A DNA stretch of 32,000 nucleotides, taken from the NCBI RefSeq assembly GCF_000007145.1, contig NC_003902.1, forward strand, positions 1,177,436 to 1,209,435, written 5' to 3'. The DNA comes from Xanthomonas campestris pv. campestris str. ATCC 33913 (GTDB lineage Bacteria; Pseudomonadota; Gammaproteobacteria; Xanthomonadales; Xanthomonadaceae). Positions within the stretch are counted from its first letter, which is position 1; every line of letters begins with the position of its first letter. Of this stretch, positions 8,643 through 17,976 are shown piece after piece. The notes under the pieces were generated by a model. It made no database searches. It was given only the letters and a program-made list of their open reading frames with translations, and had not been told where the DNA came from. Made by a program: the position numbers and the translations under genes.

Positions 8643-10859
8643 ATGTCAGCCAGCCGGTCGCTTCAGGTCAGCGCGCTCGCCGTTGCCGTCGCTTCCCTTC
8701 TTCCGTTCTACGCCGCGGCCCAGCAGGCGCCCAGCGATGACGGCATTGCGCGTCTGGACGCGGTCAAGGTCACGGTGGAGCGCCGCTCGGAAGACTCCAA
8801 GGACGTGCCGGTGTCCGCCAGCGTGTTGCGTCCGGAATTTCTGGATGCCATCTCCACCAGCGGCTCGGACATCCGCGTGCTGGCCGGCAAGGCGCCGAGC
8901 CTGAATATCGAATCCTCCAACGGCCGTGTGTTCCCGCGCGTGTATATCCGCGGCTATGGCAACACCGACTTCAATACCTACGCCTCTCAGCCGGTGTCGC
9001 TGGTGTACGACGACGTGGTGCAGGAAAACGCCTTCCTCAAGGGCTTCCCGATCTTTGATCTGGAAGGCCTGGAAGTGCTGCGCGGCCCGCAGGGCACGCT
9101 GTTCGGCCGCAACACGCCGGCCGGCGTGGTCAAGTTCAATTCGGTCAAGCCGACCATCGGCGCCAATGACGGCTACGCCAGCCTGTCCTATGGCACCTAC
9201 GGCACCATGACCCTGGAAAGCGGCCTGAGCATCGCCATGGGCGAGCATTGGGCGGCGCGTCTGTCCACGCTGGGCCAACGCCGCGACGACTGGGTGGAAA
9301 ACCGCGACGGCCGCGATCTGGAAGGCTATACCGACTCGGCCGTGCGCCTGCAGCTGCTGTACCAGGGCAGCGACACGTTCAGTGCGCTGTTCAACGCGCA
9401 CGCCCGCCACCTGGACGGCACCGCGCGTCTGTTTCGCGCCAACATCTTCCAGCCCGGCACCAACCAGCTGGTGGATGGCTTCGACCCGGAGCGTGCCTCC
9501 ATCGATGGCGCCAACAACCAGGAACTGCAGACCTACGGCGGCAGCGCCAATCTGAGCTGGGACCTGGGCGACATCGCGCTGCACTCGATCACCGCCTATG
9601 AAGGCATCGGCAAGTACTACAGCCGCGGCGATATCGACGGCGGCTTCGGCGCAGTGTTCGCGCCGCCGTCCGGCCCCGGCCCGATCCCGTTCCCGGTGGA
9701 AACCGCCGGCGGCATCAAGAGCCTGGACCAGTACAGCCAGGAGCTGCGTGCCGAATCGCAGTACGCGGGCCCGCTCAACTGGCAGGCCGGCCTGTACTAC
9801 TTCCATGACGATGTGGAAGGCGAGAACTACACCTACAACACCTTCAGCGGCGGCGATTTGGCCAGCTACCAGCTGACCCGTCAGCGCAATACCTCGTGGG
9901 CAGCGTTCGGCTCGTTGAACTATGCCGCCACCGACCGCCTGAACCTGCGCGCCGGCATCCGCTACACCTACGACAAGAAGACCTTCGACGTGCTGGCGCT
10001 GGACCGCGTCACGCTGGTGGAACCCTCCAGCGGCGAGACCGACAACTCCAAGGTCACCGGCGATGTGGCGGCGACCTTCGCCATCAACGATGCGGTCAAC
10101 GTCTATGCACGTGCCGCACGCGGTTTCCGCGGCGCCAGCTTTGGTGTGCCTTCGGGCACCGCACCGCTGACCGTGGCCGAGCCGGAGACGGTGGATTCGT
10201 TCGAGATCGGCATCAAGTCCGACCTGTTCGACAACCGCGCCCGCATCAGCTTCGACGTCTACGACTTCCGGGTGAAGAACCAGCAGCTCACCGCAGTGGG
10301 CGGCGCCTCCAACGATGTGCGCCTGCTCAACGCCGACAAGACCAAGGCACGCGGTGCCGAATTCGACTTCGAAGCGCTGATCACCCAGAACCTGCGTGTG
10401 ACCGCCGGCGGTGCCTACAACTGGACCCGCATCGAAGACCCGACCCTGTCGGTGGGCGTGTGCCGCACCTGCACCGTAACCGACCCGCTCAACGCCGCCG
10501 GCAACGCGATCATCGATGGCAATGCGCTGCCGCAGGCATCGAAGTGGATGGCCAACGCCACGCTGCGCTACGGCATCCCGATGGGCGATGACGGCGAGCT
10601 GTTCTTCTACACCGACTGGTCCTACCGCAGCGAAGTGAACTTCTTCCTGTACGACTCGCGTGAGTTCGTTGGCCAGCCGTTGGTCGAAGGTGGCGCGAAG
10701 ATCGGCTACAACTGGGGCGCCGGTGCGTACGAGCTGTCGGTGTTCTGCCGCAACTGCACCAACCAGATCCGCGCCACCGGTGCGATCGACTTCAACAACC
10801 TCACCGGTTTCATCAACGACCCACGCATCGTCGGTGCACAGTTCCGCGCCAATTTCTGA
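8643..10859 (+). CDS. TonB-dependent outer-membrane receptor
   Basis: A 738-aa ORF with a signal peptide (ALAVAVASLLPFYAAAQQ), a TonB-box-like LDAVKVTV, a plug motif (LEVLRGPQGTLFGRNTPAGVV) and a terminal aromatic residue (AQFRANF). Confidence 0.92.
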   Translation: MSASRSLQVSALAVAVASLLPFYAAAQQAPSDDGIARLDAVKVTVERRSEDSKDVPVSASVLRPEFLDAISTSGSDIRVLAGKAPSLNIESSNGRVFPRVYIRGYGNTDFNTYASQPVSLVYDDVVQENAFLKGFPIFDLEGLEVLRGPQGTLFGRNTPAGVVKFNSVKPTIGANDGYASLSYGTYGTMTLESGLSIAMGEHWAARLSTLGQRRDDWVENRDGRDLEGYTDSAVRLQLLYQGSDTFSALFNAHARHLDGTARLFRANIFQPGTNQLVDGFDPERASIDGANNQELQTYGGSANLSWDLGDIALHSITAYEGIGKYYSRGDIDGGFGAVFAPPSGPGPIPFPVETAGGIKSLDQYSQELRAESQYAGPLNWQAGLYYFHDDVEGENYTYNTFSGGDLASYQLTRQRNTSWAAFGSLNYAATDRLNLRAGIRYTYDKKTFDVLALDRVTLVEPSSGETDNSKVTGDVAATFAINDAVNVYARAARGFRGASFGVPSGTAPLTVAEPETVDSFEIGIKSDLFDNRARISFDVYDFRVKNQQLTAVGGASNDVRLLNADKTKARGAEFDFEALITQNLRVTAGGAYNWTRIEDPTLSVGVCRTCTVTDPLNAAGNAIIDGNALPQASKWMANATLRYGIPMGDDGELFFYTDWSYRSEVNFFLYDSREFVGQPLVEGGAKIGYNWGAGAYELSVFCRNCTNQIRATGAIDFNNLTGFINDPRIVGAQFRANF

Positions 10860-10886
10860 TGGCCGGTGTGAGGTAAGCGATCCAGG

Positions 10887-10915
10887 CCGCCGGCTATCAT
10901 GCCGGCGGTTTTTTT
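10887..10915 (+). terminator. Rho-independent terminator
   Basis: Stem CCGCCGGC (10887-10894), loop TATCAT, stem GCCGGCGG (10901-10908), then T7 (10909-10915). It lies 28 bp after the receptor stop. Confidence 0.8.
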
Positions 10916-10932
10916 CGTGGTGGAGTGCGGTG

Positions 10933-11934
10933 ATGCGACAGCGGTGGGCAACGAGGTGGCTGATAGCGGTGGGCCTGTGCGGGATGCTGGTGTGCAGCGG
11001 TGTGCAGGCAGCGGCGGCGCAGGCGCAGACAGTGCCGGCCATCGCCGCGGCCGAGCGCGTGGTGGTGTCCACCGACATCGGCGATGACATCGACGACGCC
11101 TTCGCGCTGGGCCTGCTGCTGCGCAGCCCGCAGCTGCAGGTGCTGGGCATCGCCTCGGCCTGGGGCGACACCACGCTGCGCGCGCAGTTGCTGCAGCGGC
11201 TGTTGCAGCTGGCCGGACGCAGCGAGATTCCGTTGGCGGTGGGCGAGCGCACCACCAGCACGATTCCCTTCAGCCAGGCGCGTTGGGCGGCCAAGGGGCA
11301 GCTACCAGGCAAGCTGCCGGATGCGGCGGCGATGATCCTGCAGCAGGCGCGCCTGCATCCCGGCGAGCTGACCTTGCTGGTGCTGGGGCCGATGACCGAT
11401 GCGGCACGTGCACAGCAGCGCGACCCGGCAGGGTTTGCCAAGCTCAAGCGCATCGTGGCGATGGGCGGCTCGGTGCGGGTGGGCTACGGCAAGTCAGCGT
11501 ACCGCCCGGCCAGCGCACCGGCGCCGGAGTACAACCTGCTGGCCGATGTACCCGCCGCACAACGGGTGTTCGCCGCTGGCGTGCCGATCGTGCTGCTACC
11601 GCTGGACGCCACCCAGATCACGCTGGAAGAATCCGAGCGCGTGGCCCTGTTTGCACAGGGCGATGGCCTGACCGATGCACTCACCCAGCTGTACTACCAG
11701 TGGCGCAATACCGACCAGCCCTGGGCCAGCGCCACGCCAACGTTGTTCGACGTGGTGCCGGTGGCCTGGCTGCTGCAACCGCAGCTATGCCCGACCACGC
11801 CATTGCATCTGGAAGTCGATGCGCAGGGGTACACGCGCGAAGGCACCGGCACGCCGAACGTGCAAGCTTGCCTGCGCGCGGACAAGCCGGCGTTGATCGA
11901 TATGTACATGCGCACGTTGTTGCAGTCGCACTAA
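10933..11934 (+). CDS. Secreted inosine/uridine-preferring nucleoside-hydrolase-family protein
   Basis: This is track ORF 10660..11934, with the start moved to ATG 10933 because the upstream part overlaps the receptor 3' end and its terminator. It has a signal peptide (MRQRWATRWLIAVGLCGMLVCSGVQAAAAQA). VVVSTDIGDDIDDAFALGLLL resembles the N-terminal aspartate cluster (DxDxxxDD) of the nucleoside hydrolase family. Substrate unknown. Confidence 0.65.
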   Translation: MRQRWATRWLIAVGLCGMLVCSGVQAAAAQAQTVPAIAAAERVVVSTDIGDDIDDAFALGLLLRSPQLQVLGIASAWGDTTLRAQLLQRLLQLAGRSEIPLAVGERTTSTIPFSQARWAAKGQLPGKLPDAAAMILQQARLHPGELTLLVLGPMTDAARAQQRDPAGFAKLKRIVAMGGSVRVGYGKSAYRPASAPAPEYNLLADVPAAQRVFAAGVPIVLLPLDATQITLEESERVALFAQGDGLTDALTQLYYQWRNTDQPWASATPTLFDVVPVAWLLQPQLCPTTPLHLEVDAQGYTREGTGTPNVQACLRADKPALIDMYMRTLLQSH

Positions 11935-12222
11935 GAGCAGCTATCAAAACGACTGCGCAGCCGCCAGGCGGGCGCGGCCGGTGCTCGGAATCGGCATGTA
12001 CCCCCGTACACTCCGGTTCCTCCGCGCCGTCCGCACCCACCTGACGACTGCTCGCTACATTTTGTTAGCCGCTCTAAGAGCAGGGATCAAAGCGACTGCG
12101 CAGCCGCCAGGCGGGCGCGGGCGCGTTACGAATCGGCATGTCGCATGCGTCCACTTCGGTTCCTGCGCGCCGCTGCCACCACCTGTCGTGGCGAACGCCA
12201 GCCTGGCGGTCAGCGCAGTGGT
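11932..12222. repeat. Two direct ~143-bp tandem units, with a terminal inverted copy of their GC-rich motif
   Basis: Unit 1 starts with TAAGAGCAGCTATCAAAACGACTGCGCAGCCGCCAGGCGGGCG at 11932. Unit 2 starts with TAAGAGCAGGGATCAAAGCGACTGCGCAGCCGCCAGGCGGGCG at 12075. Both continue with ...GAATCGGCATGT...CGGTTCCT(C/G)CGCGCCG.... The motif CGACTGCGCAGCCGCCAGGCGGGCG (12093-12117) recurs inverted as CGCCAGCCTGGCGGTCAGCGCAGTGG (about 12196-12222). Confidence 0.75.
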
Positions 12223-12229
12223 TTTGTTG

Positions 12230-12658
12230 GTCGCACTTTATCGGACGCAGCCACAGGCTGGTTGGCCGGTTGCGCGGCGCCGCCACCGCTCGCGGGACAC
12301 GCCGTGAACCCGTCCCTGGGGGCTCGATGGCGGCATCCATGCGGCCAACGGTCCCGCAATCGGCGAGAGCGCCGCGCTAGACAGTGAGCCGGTTGCTTTG
12401 TAGACGCTGGCGTTGATGTCGTTGCGTTGTGGAGCTGATTGTCCACGCGGCGATCCGGTCGAGAGTGTCGGTGTGCATGTTTTCAACAACGCAACCGACT
12501 CACACTCCGGTGCGGTGTCCTCGCCGATTGCGGGACCATGTAGCGGCATGGATGCCGCTACTGAGCCTGCATGGACGGACTCACGGCGTGTCCCGCTAGC
12601 GGCGGGGGCACCGCGCCCACGACCAACCAGGCTTTTGACTGCATCTAAAACGTGCGGC
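12230..12658. repeat. Long imperfect inverted repeat (~190-bp arms, ~50-bp centre); possible MITE-like element or structured RNA
   Basis: I reverse-complemented 12481-12660 by hand and aligned it to 12228-12433. The core arms 12292-12367 and 12520-12596 match closely: GCGGGACACGCCGTGA..CCGTCC..GGCTC..GCGGCATCCATGC..GGTCCCGCAATCGGCGAG. Weaker similarity continues outward (AGGCTGGTTGG/CCAACCAGGCT) and inward (GTCGTTGCGTTGT/ACAACGCAACCGAC). Each arm carries a small nested palindrome, GCGGCAT-nn-ATGCCGC. Confidence 0.75.
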
Positions 12659-12824
12659 TAAAAAGCCACTGCGTCCGCGGGTCGGACGCGCCGTTGCCAT
12701 CGCCACGCATCTACCGCAGCGCAGGCTCACCGCCCATCGGCAAGTCCGCGACCGGCCACATATCGGACATCGGCGGCGTGAAGCATGTCGCTATACTTGC
12801 CGCCTCAGTCATGGGGTAGCGCGA

Positions 12825-15800
12825 ATGGACAGGCAGGAATCAGGGATGACGTCGTCGGGCGTGCGGCGGATGCTGCTGTGGGTGGTGTTGCTGACGGTGG
12901 CGCTGGGGAGCGTGGCGTGCAAGCGCAACGAAAGCGGCCAGTTGCCCACTGCCAGTGGCGAGGCGATCAAGGCCGACAAGCAGGGCATCACCGGCTTTGG
13001 CCTGGCGCGCGCCTACCCCGACCAGACCAGCGACGGCCTGTCGCTGGCGCTGGAGTTCTCGCGGCCGCTGGTGGGCACGCAGGACTTCGATGCGCTGGTG
13101 CGCTTCGAGGAAAAGGTCGGCAACGGCGACAGCAGCTGGTCGCTGTCCGACGACGGCAAGACGCTGCGCTACCCGTACGTGGAAGCGGCCAAGGACTATA
13201 CCGTCCTGATCGCCGCCAACCTGCTCGCCGCCGATGGCAGCCGCCTGGGCAAGCCCCTCAAGCAGAAGGTCTACACCGGTGAGTTGAAGCCGGTGGCCGG
13301 CTTCGCCTCGCAGGGCAGCGTGCTGCCGGCGCGCGAAAGCCGCGGCCTGCCCGTGGTGTCGGTGAACGTGCCGGAAGTGGACGTGGAATTTTTGCGCGTG
13401 CGCGAGAAGTCGCTGCCGGCGTTCTTCCACCAGTTCCAGCGCGGCGGCCGACGCGGTAGCTGGGACCTGGAAAACGAGTACAGCGAGAACGCACCGCTGT
13501 CCAAACTGGCCGACCCGATCTACGTCAACCGCTTCATCCTGGGCGGCAAGCAGAACGAGCGCGTGCTGACCTACCTGCCCACCCAGGACATCAAGGAGCT
13601 GCAGGAGCCGGGCCTGTATTTCGCGGTGATGAAGCGCGCCGGCACCTTCGAAAACGAATTCGACACCGCTTTTTTCACCGTCAGCGACATCGGCCTGCAC
13701 ACGCGCGCCTACAAGGACAAGCTGTTCGTGCACACCGCCTCGCTGCAGAGCGGTGAGCCGGCCAAGAACGTGGAACTGCGCATCCTCGATGCCAAGGGCG
13801 AGCTGTTCCTCAAGGGCAGCACCGACGCCAACGGCAATGCGTTGCTCAACTACACACTCGACGCCAGCCACGTGCTGGTGGCGCGCAGCAAGACCGATAT
13901 TTCGATGCTGCCGTTCAACCAGCCGGCGCTGGATCTGAGCGAATTTGCCGTGGCCGGGCGCGAAGGCGCCTGGTTCGACGTGTTCGCCTGGGCCGGCCGC
14001 GACCTGTATCGCCCCGGCGAGACCATGCGCGTGTCGGCGATCCTGCGCGACAACGATGGCAAGCCCACGAGCGGGCCGACCAAGGGCGGCCAGCCGGTGT
14101 TCCTGCGTCTCAAGCAGCCCGACGGCAAGACCTTCCGCGAAACCAAGCTGCAGCCGGGCGAGCAGGGCTATTTCGAATTTACCCAGCAGATTCCCGCCGA
14201 TGCGCCGACCGGCCGCTGGCAGGTGGAATTCCGCACCGACCCGGGCAGCAAGGACGCCGTGCAGGGCATGACCGTGCGCGTGGAAGAGTTCCTGCCCGAA
14301 CGCATGAAGCTGGACCTGGACGCCGCGCAAAAGACCTTGAGCGCCGGCAAGCCCTTCACCCTGATCGCCAATGCCGCGTATCTGTACGGCGCGCCGGCCG
14401 ATGGCAACCGCTTCACCGCCAAGCTGGCGGTGAGCGTGGAGCAGCATCCGCTGGAGTCGTTGCCGGGCTGGTTCTTCGGTGACCCCACGCTGGAGCTGCC
14501 GCGCGAAGCCAAGGACGTGATCGACACCGAGTTCGGCGGCGATGGCGTGTTGCGCGAAGACATCGCCCTGCCGGACGAAGCCAAGCCGGTCAGCACCATT
14601 GCCGCAGTGGTGTCGGGCAGTGTGTACGAGACCGGCGGGCGCACCGTGACCCGCACCATCAAGCGCGTGCTGTGGCCAGCCAAGGCGCTGGTCGGCGTGC
14701 GCCCGTTGTTCGATGACACCGACGGCGCCGATGCCAACAGCAACGCACGCTTCGAGATCACCCGCGTGGATGCCGAGGGCAAGCCGCAGCCGGCCAAGGG
14801 GCTCAAGGCCACACTGGTGCGCGAACTGCGCGACTACCACTGGAACTACACCGACGACCATTGGGATTACGACTTCACCCGCCGCTTCGAGAACAAGGAC
14901 ACCCGCACGATCGACGTCGGCAGCGGCAATGCCAAGCTCGATTTCCCGGTGGAGTGGGGTGAGTATCGTCTGGACGTGTTCGACCCGGCCACCGGCCTGA
15001 CCACGCGCTACCCGTTCCGCGCCGGCTGGAGCTGGAATGACGAAAACCGCGGACTGGACGCGCGCCCGGACAAGGTCAAGCTGGCGCTGGACAAGACCGG
15101 CTACCGCGCCGGCGACACGCTCAAGGTCACGCTAACCCCGCCGCATGCCGGCAAGGGTGTGTTGCTGGTGGAAAGCGACAAGCTGCTGTACGTGCAGGAC
15201 ATCGACGTCAAGCCGGGCAGCACCTTCGAGATTCCGGTCACCGAGGCCTGGGAACGGCACGACGTGTACGTGACCGCGCTGGTGTTCCGCGGCGGCAGCG
15301 CGCCGAGCAAGATCACTCCGGCACGCGCGGTGGGCGTGGCGTTCGTGCCGATGGACCGCAAGGCGCGGCGCGTGGCGGTGGGTCTGTCTGCACCCAATCA
15401 GATGCGCCCCGAACAACCGTTGCCGGTGACCGTGAGTGTGCCGGAGCTGGCTGGCAAGGCCGCGCACGTCACCATCTCGGCGGTGGACGTGGGCATTCTC
15501 AACATCACCCGCTTCCCGGTGCCCGATGCCAACGCGCAGTTCTTCGCGCAGCGCCGGCTGGGCACCGATGCCTACGACATCTACGGACGGGTGATCGAAA
15601 GTTTCGAAGGCGCCAGCGGCAAGCTCAAGTTCGGCGGCGACATGGCCCTGGAAGCGCTGCCACAGGCCAAGCGCCCGACCGCACGCGTGCAGACGGTGGA
15701 CCTGTTCTCCGGCTCGGTGAAACTCGACGCCAAAGGCAATGCACGCGTGCAGCTGCCGGTGCCGGATTTCAATGGCACGCTGCGTGTCTCGGCACTGGTG

Positions 15801-17762
15801 TACTCGGACACGCGCTACGGCAACCGCGACATGGAAACCATCGTACGTGCGCCGATCCTGGCCGAAGCCAGCATGCCGCGCGTGATGGCGCCGGGCGACC
15901 GCAGCACGGTGACGCTGGACGTGCAGAACTTCACCGGCAGGCCGGGCGAGTTCAACGTGCGCGTGGACGGCATCGGCCCACTGGCCATTGCCGAGGCGGC
16001 GCGCAGCGTCAAGCTGGCCACCGATGGCAAGCAGACGCTGAGCTTCCCGCTCACCGCCACCGAAGGCTATAGCGTGGCCAAGGTGCGCGTGCGTGTGGAC
16101 GGCAACGGCTTCAAGGCCGACCGCAGCTACGACCTGCCGGTGCGTGCCGGCTGGCCGCAGGTGCTGCGCACGCAGACGCGTGTGCTGGATCCATTGGCAC
16201 CGGTGAGCATGGATGCGGGCCTGACCGAGGGCCTGATGGCCGGCTCGGTGACCGCGCGCATGCTGGTCAGCCCGCTGCCGCCGATTCCGTTCGCCAGTGC
16301 GCTGCAGGATGCGTTGAACTATCCGTACGGCTGCGCCGAGCAGACCACCAGCAAGGGCTATGCGGCCTTGCTGCTGGACGAGGCCACGGCCAGGGCGCTG
16401 GGCACCAAGGGGCTGGATGCGGCCACCCGCCGCGAGCGCATGGAAGGCGCGTTCGGTCGGCTGGCCTCGATGCAGATTGCCAGCGGGCATTTCTCGATGT
16501 GGGGCGACGATGGTTACGTCAATCCGGGCCTGACCCCGTACATCGCCGAGTTCCTGCTCGATGCCAAGGACGCCGGGTTTGCGGTGCCCGACAACGTGCT
16601 GCAGAAGGCGCTCAATCGCCTCAGCGAGGATCTGCTCTCCGGCGGTAACGAGTTCTACGGCCAGGACCGCCGCGACAACCTCAAGTTCGCCAACCAGGCA
16701 TGGTCCGGCTATGTGCTGGCGCGCGTGAACCGTGCACCGCTGGGCACGCTGCGCGCGCTGTACGACAACCAGCGCGACAAGGCGCTGACCGGGTTGTCGC
16801 TGGTGCATCTGGGCGCGGCGCTGTCGCTGCAGGGCGATACCAAGCGTGGCCAGGCAGCGATCAAGGCCGGCTTCGCCAAGAACAGTGCAGACCGGCCGCC
16901 GTACTTCGGCGACTACGGCAGCGCGATCCGCGACGATGCATTGATGATGGCGTTGCTGCATGAGCGCGGCTTGTCCTCGCCGGAGTACGACACGCGCGCG
17001 GTGACGCTGGGCCAGGCGCTGGACGCGCGCCGCGGTGGTGGTTCGCTGTGGCTGAGTACGCAGGAGCAGGTTGCGCTGGCGCGGCTGGGCAAGGCGCTGA
17101 TGGTGGCGCAGGGCAAGACGGTGTCCGGCACGTTGACGGTGGGTGGGGAGGCGCAGGAGATCGCGCCGGCACGGCTGTTTGGCCGTAGCTTCGACAGCGC
17201 CGCGCTGGCGCGTGGCGTGCAGTTCGTCCCGCAAGGCGAGGCGCCGATGTACGCCAGCCTGGAAGTGGCCGGCATCCCGCGCAGCGCACCGGAAGCGGAC
17301 ACCCGCCATCTCAGTGTGGAACGCACCTGGTACACCACCGACGGCAAGCCGTGGACGCCGCGTGCGCTCAAGGAAGGCGAGGCGCTGATCGTGCGCGTCA
17401 CCATCACCGCCAACACCAGCATGCGTGACGCCTTGCTCACCGACCTGCTGCCGGCCGGCCTGGAGATCGAGAACTTCAACCTGGGCGATGCCAAGCAGTG
17501 GGCCGACGTGGTGGTGGACGGCATCGGCATCAGCGAACGTTCGAGCGCTGCCGACGTCAAGCACGAAGAATTCCGCGACGACCGCTACGTGGCCGCGCTG
17601 TCGTTGTCTTCGGGCAGCAAGGCGCAGGTGTTCTACCTGGTGCGCGCCGTCACCCCGGGCACCTACACCGTGCCGCCGTCCCTGGTGGAAGACATGTACC
17701 GCCCGGACCTGCGTGGCGTCGGCCGCACCAACCCGGCCACCATCACGGTGGTGCAGCCGTAA
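12825..17762 (+). CDS. Bacterial alpha-2-macroglobulin (YfhM/ECAM-like, thioester-containing), probable lipoprotein
   Basis: A 1645-aa ORF. The thioester motif GCAEQ is encoded at 16332-16343 (CAEQ). The N-terminus, MTSSGVRRMLLWVVLLTVALGSVAC, ends in a cysteine consistent with lipoprotein processing. Size and architecture match the E. coli YfhM class. The start is ATG 12825 or, more likely, ATG 12846. Confidence 0.92.
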   Translation: MDRQESGMTSSGVRRMLLWVVLLTVALGSVACKRNESGQLPTASGEAIKADKQGITGFGLARAYPDQTSDGLSLALEFSRPLVGTQDFDALVRFEEKVGNGDSSWSLSDDGKTLRYPYVEAAKDYTVLIAANLLAADGSRLGKPLKQKVYTGELKPVAGFASQGSVLPARESRGLPVVSVNVPEVDVEFLRVREKSLPAFFHQFQRGGRRGSWDLENEYSENAPLSKLADPIYVNRFILGGKQNERVLTYLPTQDIKELQEPGLYFAVMKRAGTFENEFDTAFFTVSDIGLHTRAYKDKLFVHTASLQSGEPAKNVELRILDAKGELFLKGSTDANGNALLNYTLDASHVLVARSKTDISMLPFNQPALDLSEFAVAGREGAWFDVFAWAGRDLYRPGETMRVSAILRDNDGKPTSGPTKGGQPVFLRLKQPDGKTFRETKLQPGEQGYFEFTQQIPADAPTGRWQVEFRTDPGSKDAVQGMTVRVEEFLPERMKLDLDAAQKTLSAGKPFTLIANAAYLYGAPADGNRFTAKLAVSVEQHPLESLPGWFFGDPTLELPREAKDVIDTEFGGDGVLREDIALPDEAKPVSTIAAVVSGSVYETGGRTVTRTIKRVLWPAKALVGVRPLFDDTDGADANSNARFEITRVDAEGKPQPAKGLKATLVRELRDYHWNYTDDHWDYDFTRRFENKDTRTIDVGSGNAKLDFPVEWGEYRLDVFDPATGLTTRYPFRAGWSWNDENRGLDARPDKVKLALDKTGYRAGDTLKVTLTPPHAGKGVLLVESDKLLYVQDIDVKPGSTFEIPVTEAWERHDVYVTALVFRGGSAPSKITPARAVGVAFVPMDRKARRVAVGLSAPNQMRPEQPLPVTVSVPELAGKAAHVTISAVDVGILNITRFPVPDANAQFFAQRRLGTDAYDIYGRVIESFEGASGKLKFGGDMALEALPQAKRPTARVQTVDLFSGSVKLDAKGNARVQLPVPDFNGTLRVSALVYSDTRYGNRDMETIVRAPILAEASMPRVMAPGDRSTVTLDVQNFTGRPGEFNVRVDGIGPLAIAEAARSVKLATDGKQTLSFPLTATEGYSVAKVRVRVDGNGFKADRSYDLPVRAGWPQVLRTQTRVLDPLAPVSMDAGLTEGLMAGSVTARMLVSPLPPIPFASALQDALNYPYGCAEQTTSKGYAALLLDEATARALGTKGLDAATRRERMEGAFGRLASMQIASGHFSMWGDDGYVNPGLTPYIAEFLLDAKDAGFAVPDNVLQKALNRLSEDLLSGGNEFYGQDRRDNLKFANQAWSGYVLARVNRAPLGTLRALYDNQRDKALTGLSLVHLGAALSLQGDTKRGQAAIKAGFAKNSADRPPYFGDYGSAIRDDALMMALLHERGLSSPEYDTRAVTLGQALDARRGGGSLWLSTQEQVALARLGKALMVAQGKTVSGTLTVGGEAQEIAPARLFGRSFDSAALARGVQFVPQGEAPMYASLEVAGIPRSAPEADTRHLSVERTWYTTDGKPWTPRALKEGEALIVRVTITANTSMRDALLTDLLPAGLEIENFNLGDAKQWADVVVDGIGISERSSAADVKHEEFRDDRYVAALSLSSGSKAQVFYLVRAVTPGTYTVPPSLVEDMYRPDLRGVGRTNPATITVVQP

Positions 17763-17771
17763 GGCATCACG

Positions 17772-17837
17772 GTCGGAGCGCGCTTGCGCGCGGTAAGGCT
17801 TCCCTGGGAATGCCTCGCCGCGCGCCTGCTCGCTTCC
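17772..17837. repeat. Degenerate REPIN (family 1) immediately after the macroglobulin stop
   Basis: GTCGGAGCGCGCTTGCGCGCGGTAAGGCTTCCCTGGGAATGCCTCGCCGCGCGCCTGCTCGCTTCC. The left arm is a good REP and the right arm is decayed. Confidence 0.7.
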
Positions 17838-17910
17838 AGGCCAATCAGACCGGCGTTCCAAACGTAGTTCCAATGAGGCCACGATCAGCGGCACAGCCGT
17901 AGTGATCACT

Positions 17911-17976
17911 GTAGGAGCGCGCTCGCGCGCGATGGAACGTTCCCGGGAGTGCCTCACCACGCAGGCACGCCTCTAC
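17911..17976. repeat. Degenerate REPIN (family 1) overlapping the RAYT stop codon
   Basis: GTAGGAGCGCGCTCGCGCGCGATGGAACGTTCCCGGGAGTGCCTCACCACGCAGGCACGCCTCTAC. It lies 139 bp from the previous copy. Confidence 0.7.

Noticed and set aside
10660-10932. A 91-codon extension of the hydrolase ORF overlapping the receptor's 3' end.
   Set aside because: It overlaps the receptor CDS out of frame and spans the rho-independent terminator at 10887-10915. The ATG at 10933 gives a canonical signal peptide.
8646-11453. Very long antisense or out-of-frame ORFs in the track: 8646..11453 (-, 935 aa), 15132..17960 (-, 942 aa), 4128..6527 (-, 799 aa), 12840..14861 (-, 673 aa), 1785..3746 (-, 653 aa), 20994..22904 (-, 636 aa), 27339..28538 (+, 399 aa) and 4316..5827 (+).
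   Set aside because: Each lies entirely over a gene with clear family motifs on the other strand or in another frame. Their translations are Arg/Ala/Gly/His-rich low-complexity sequence with no recognisable motifs. Stop-free antisense frames are expected in GC-rich DNA.
11981-12661. Short ORFs across the repeat-filled spacer, for example 11981..12307 (+), 12238..12549 (-) and 12413..12661 (+).
   Set aside because: They are translations of the direct and inverted repeats: mirror-image peptide fragments appear on both strands. They lack start-site context and plausible composition.
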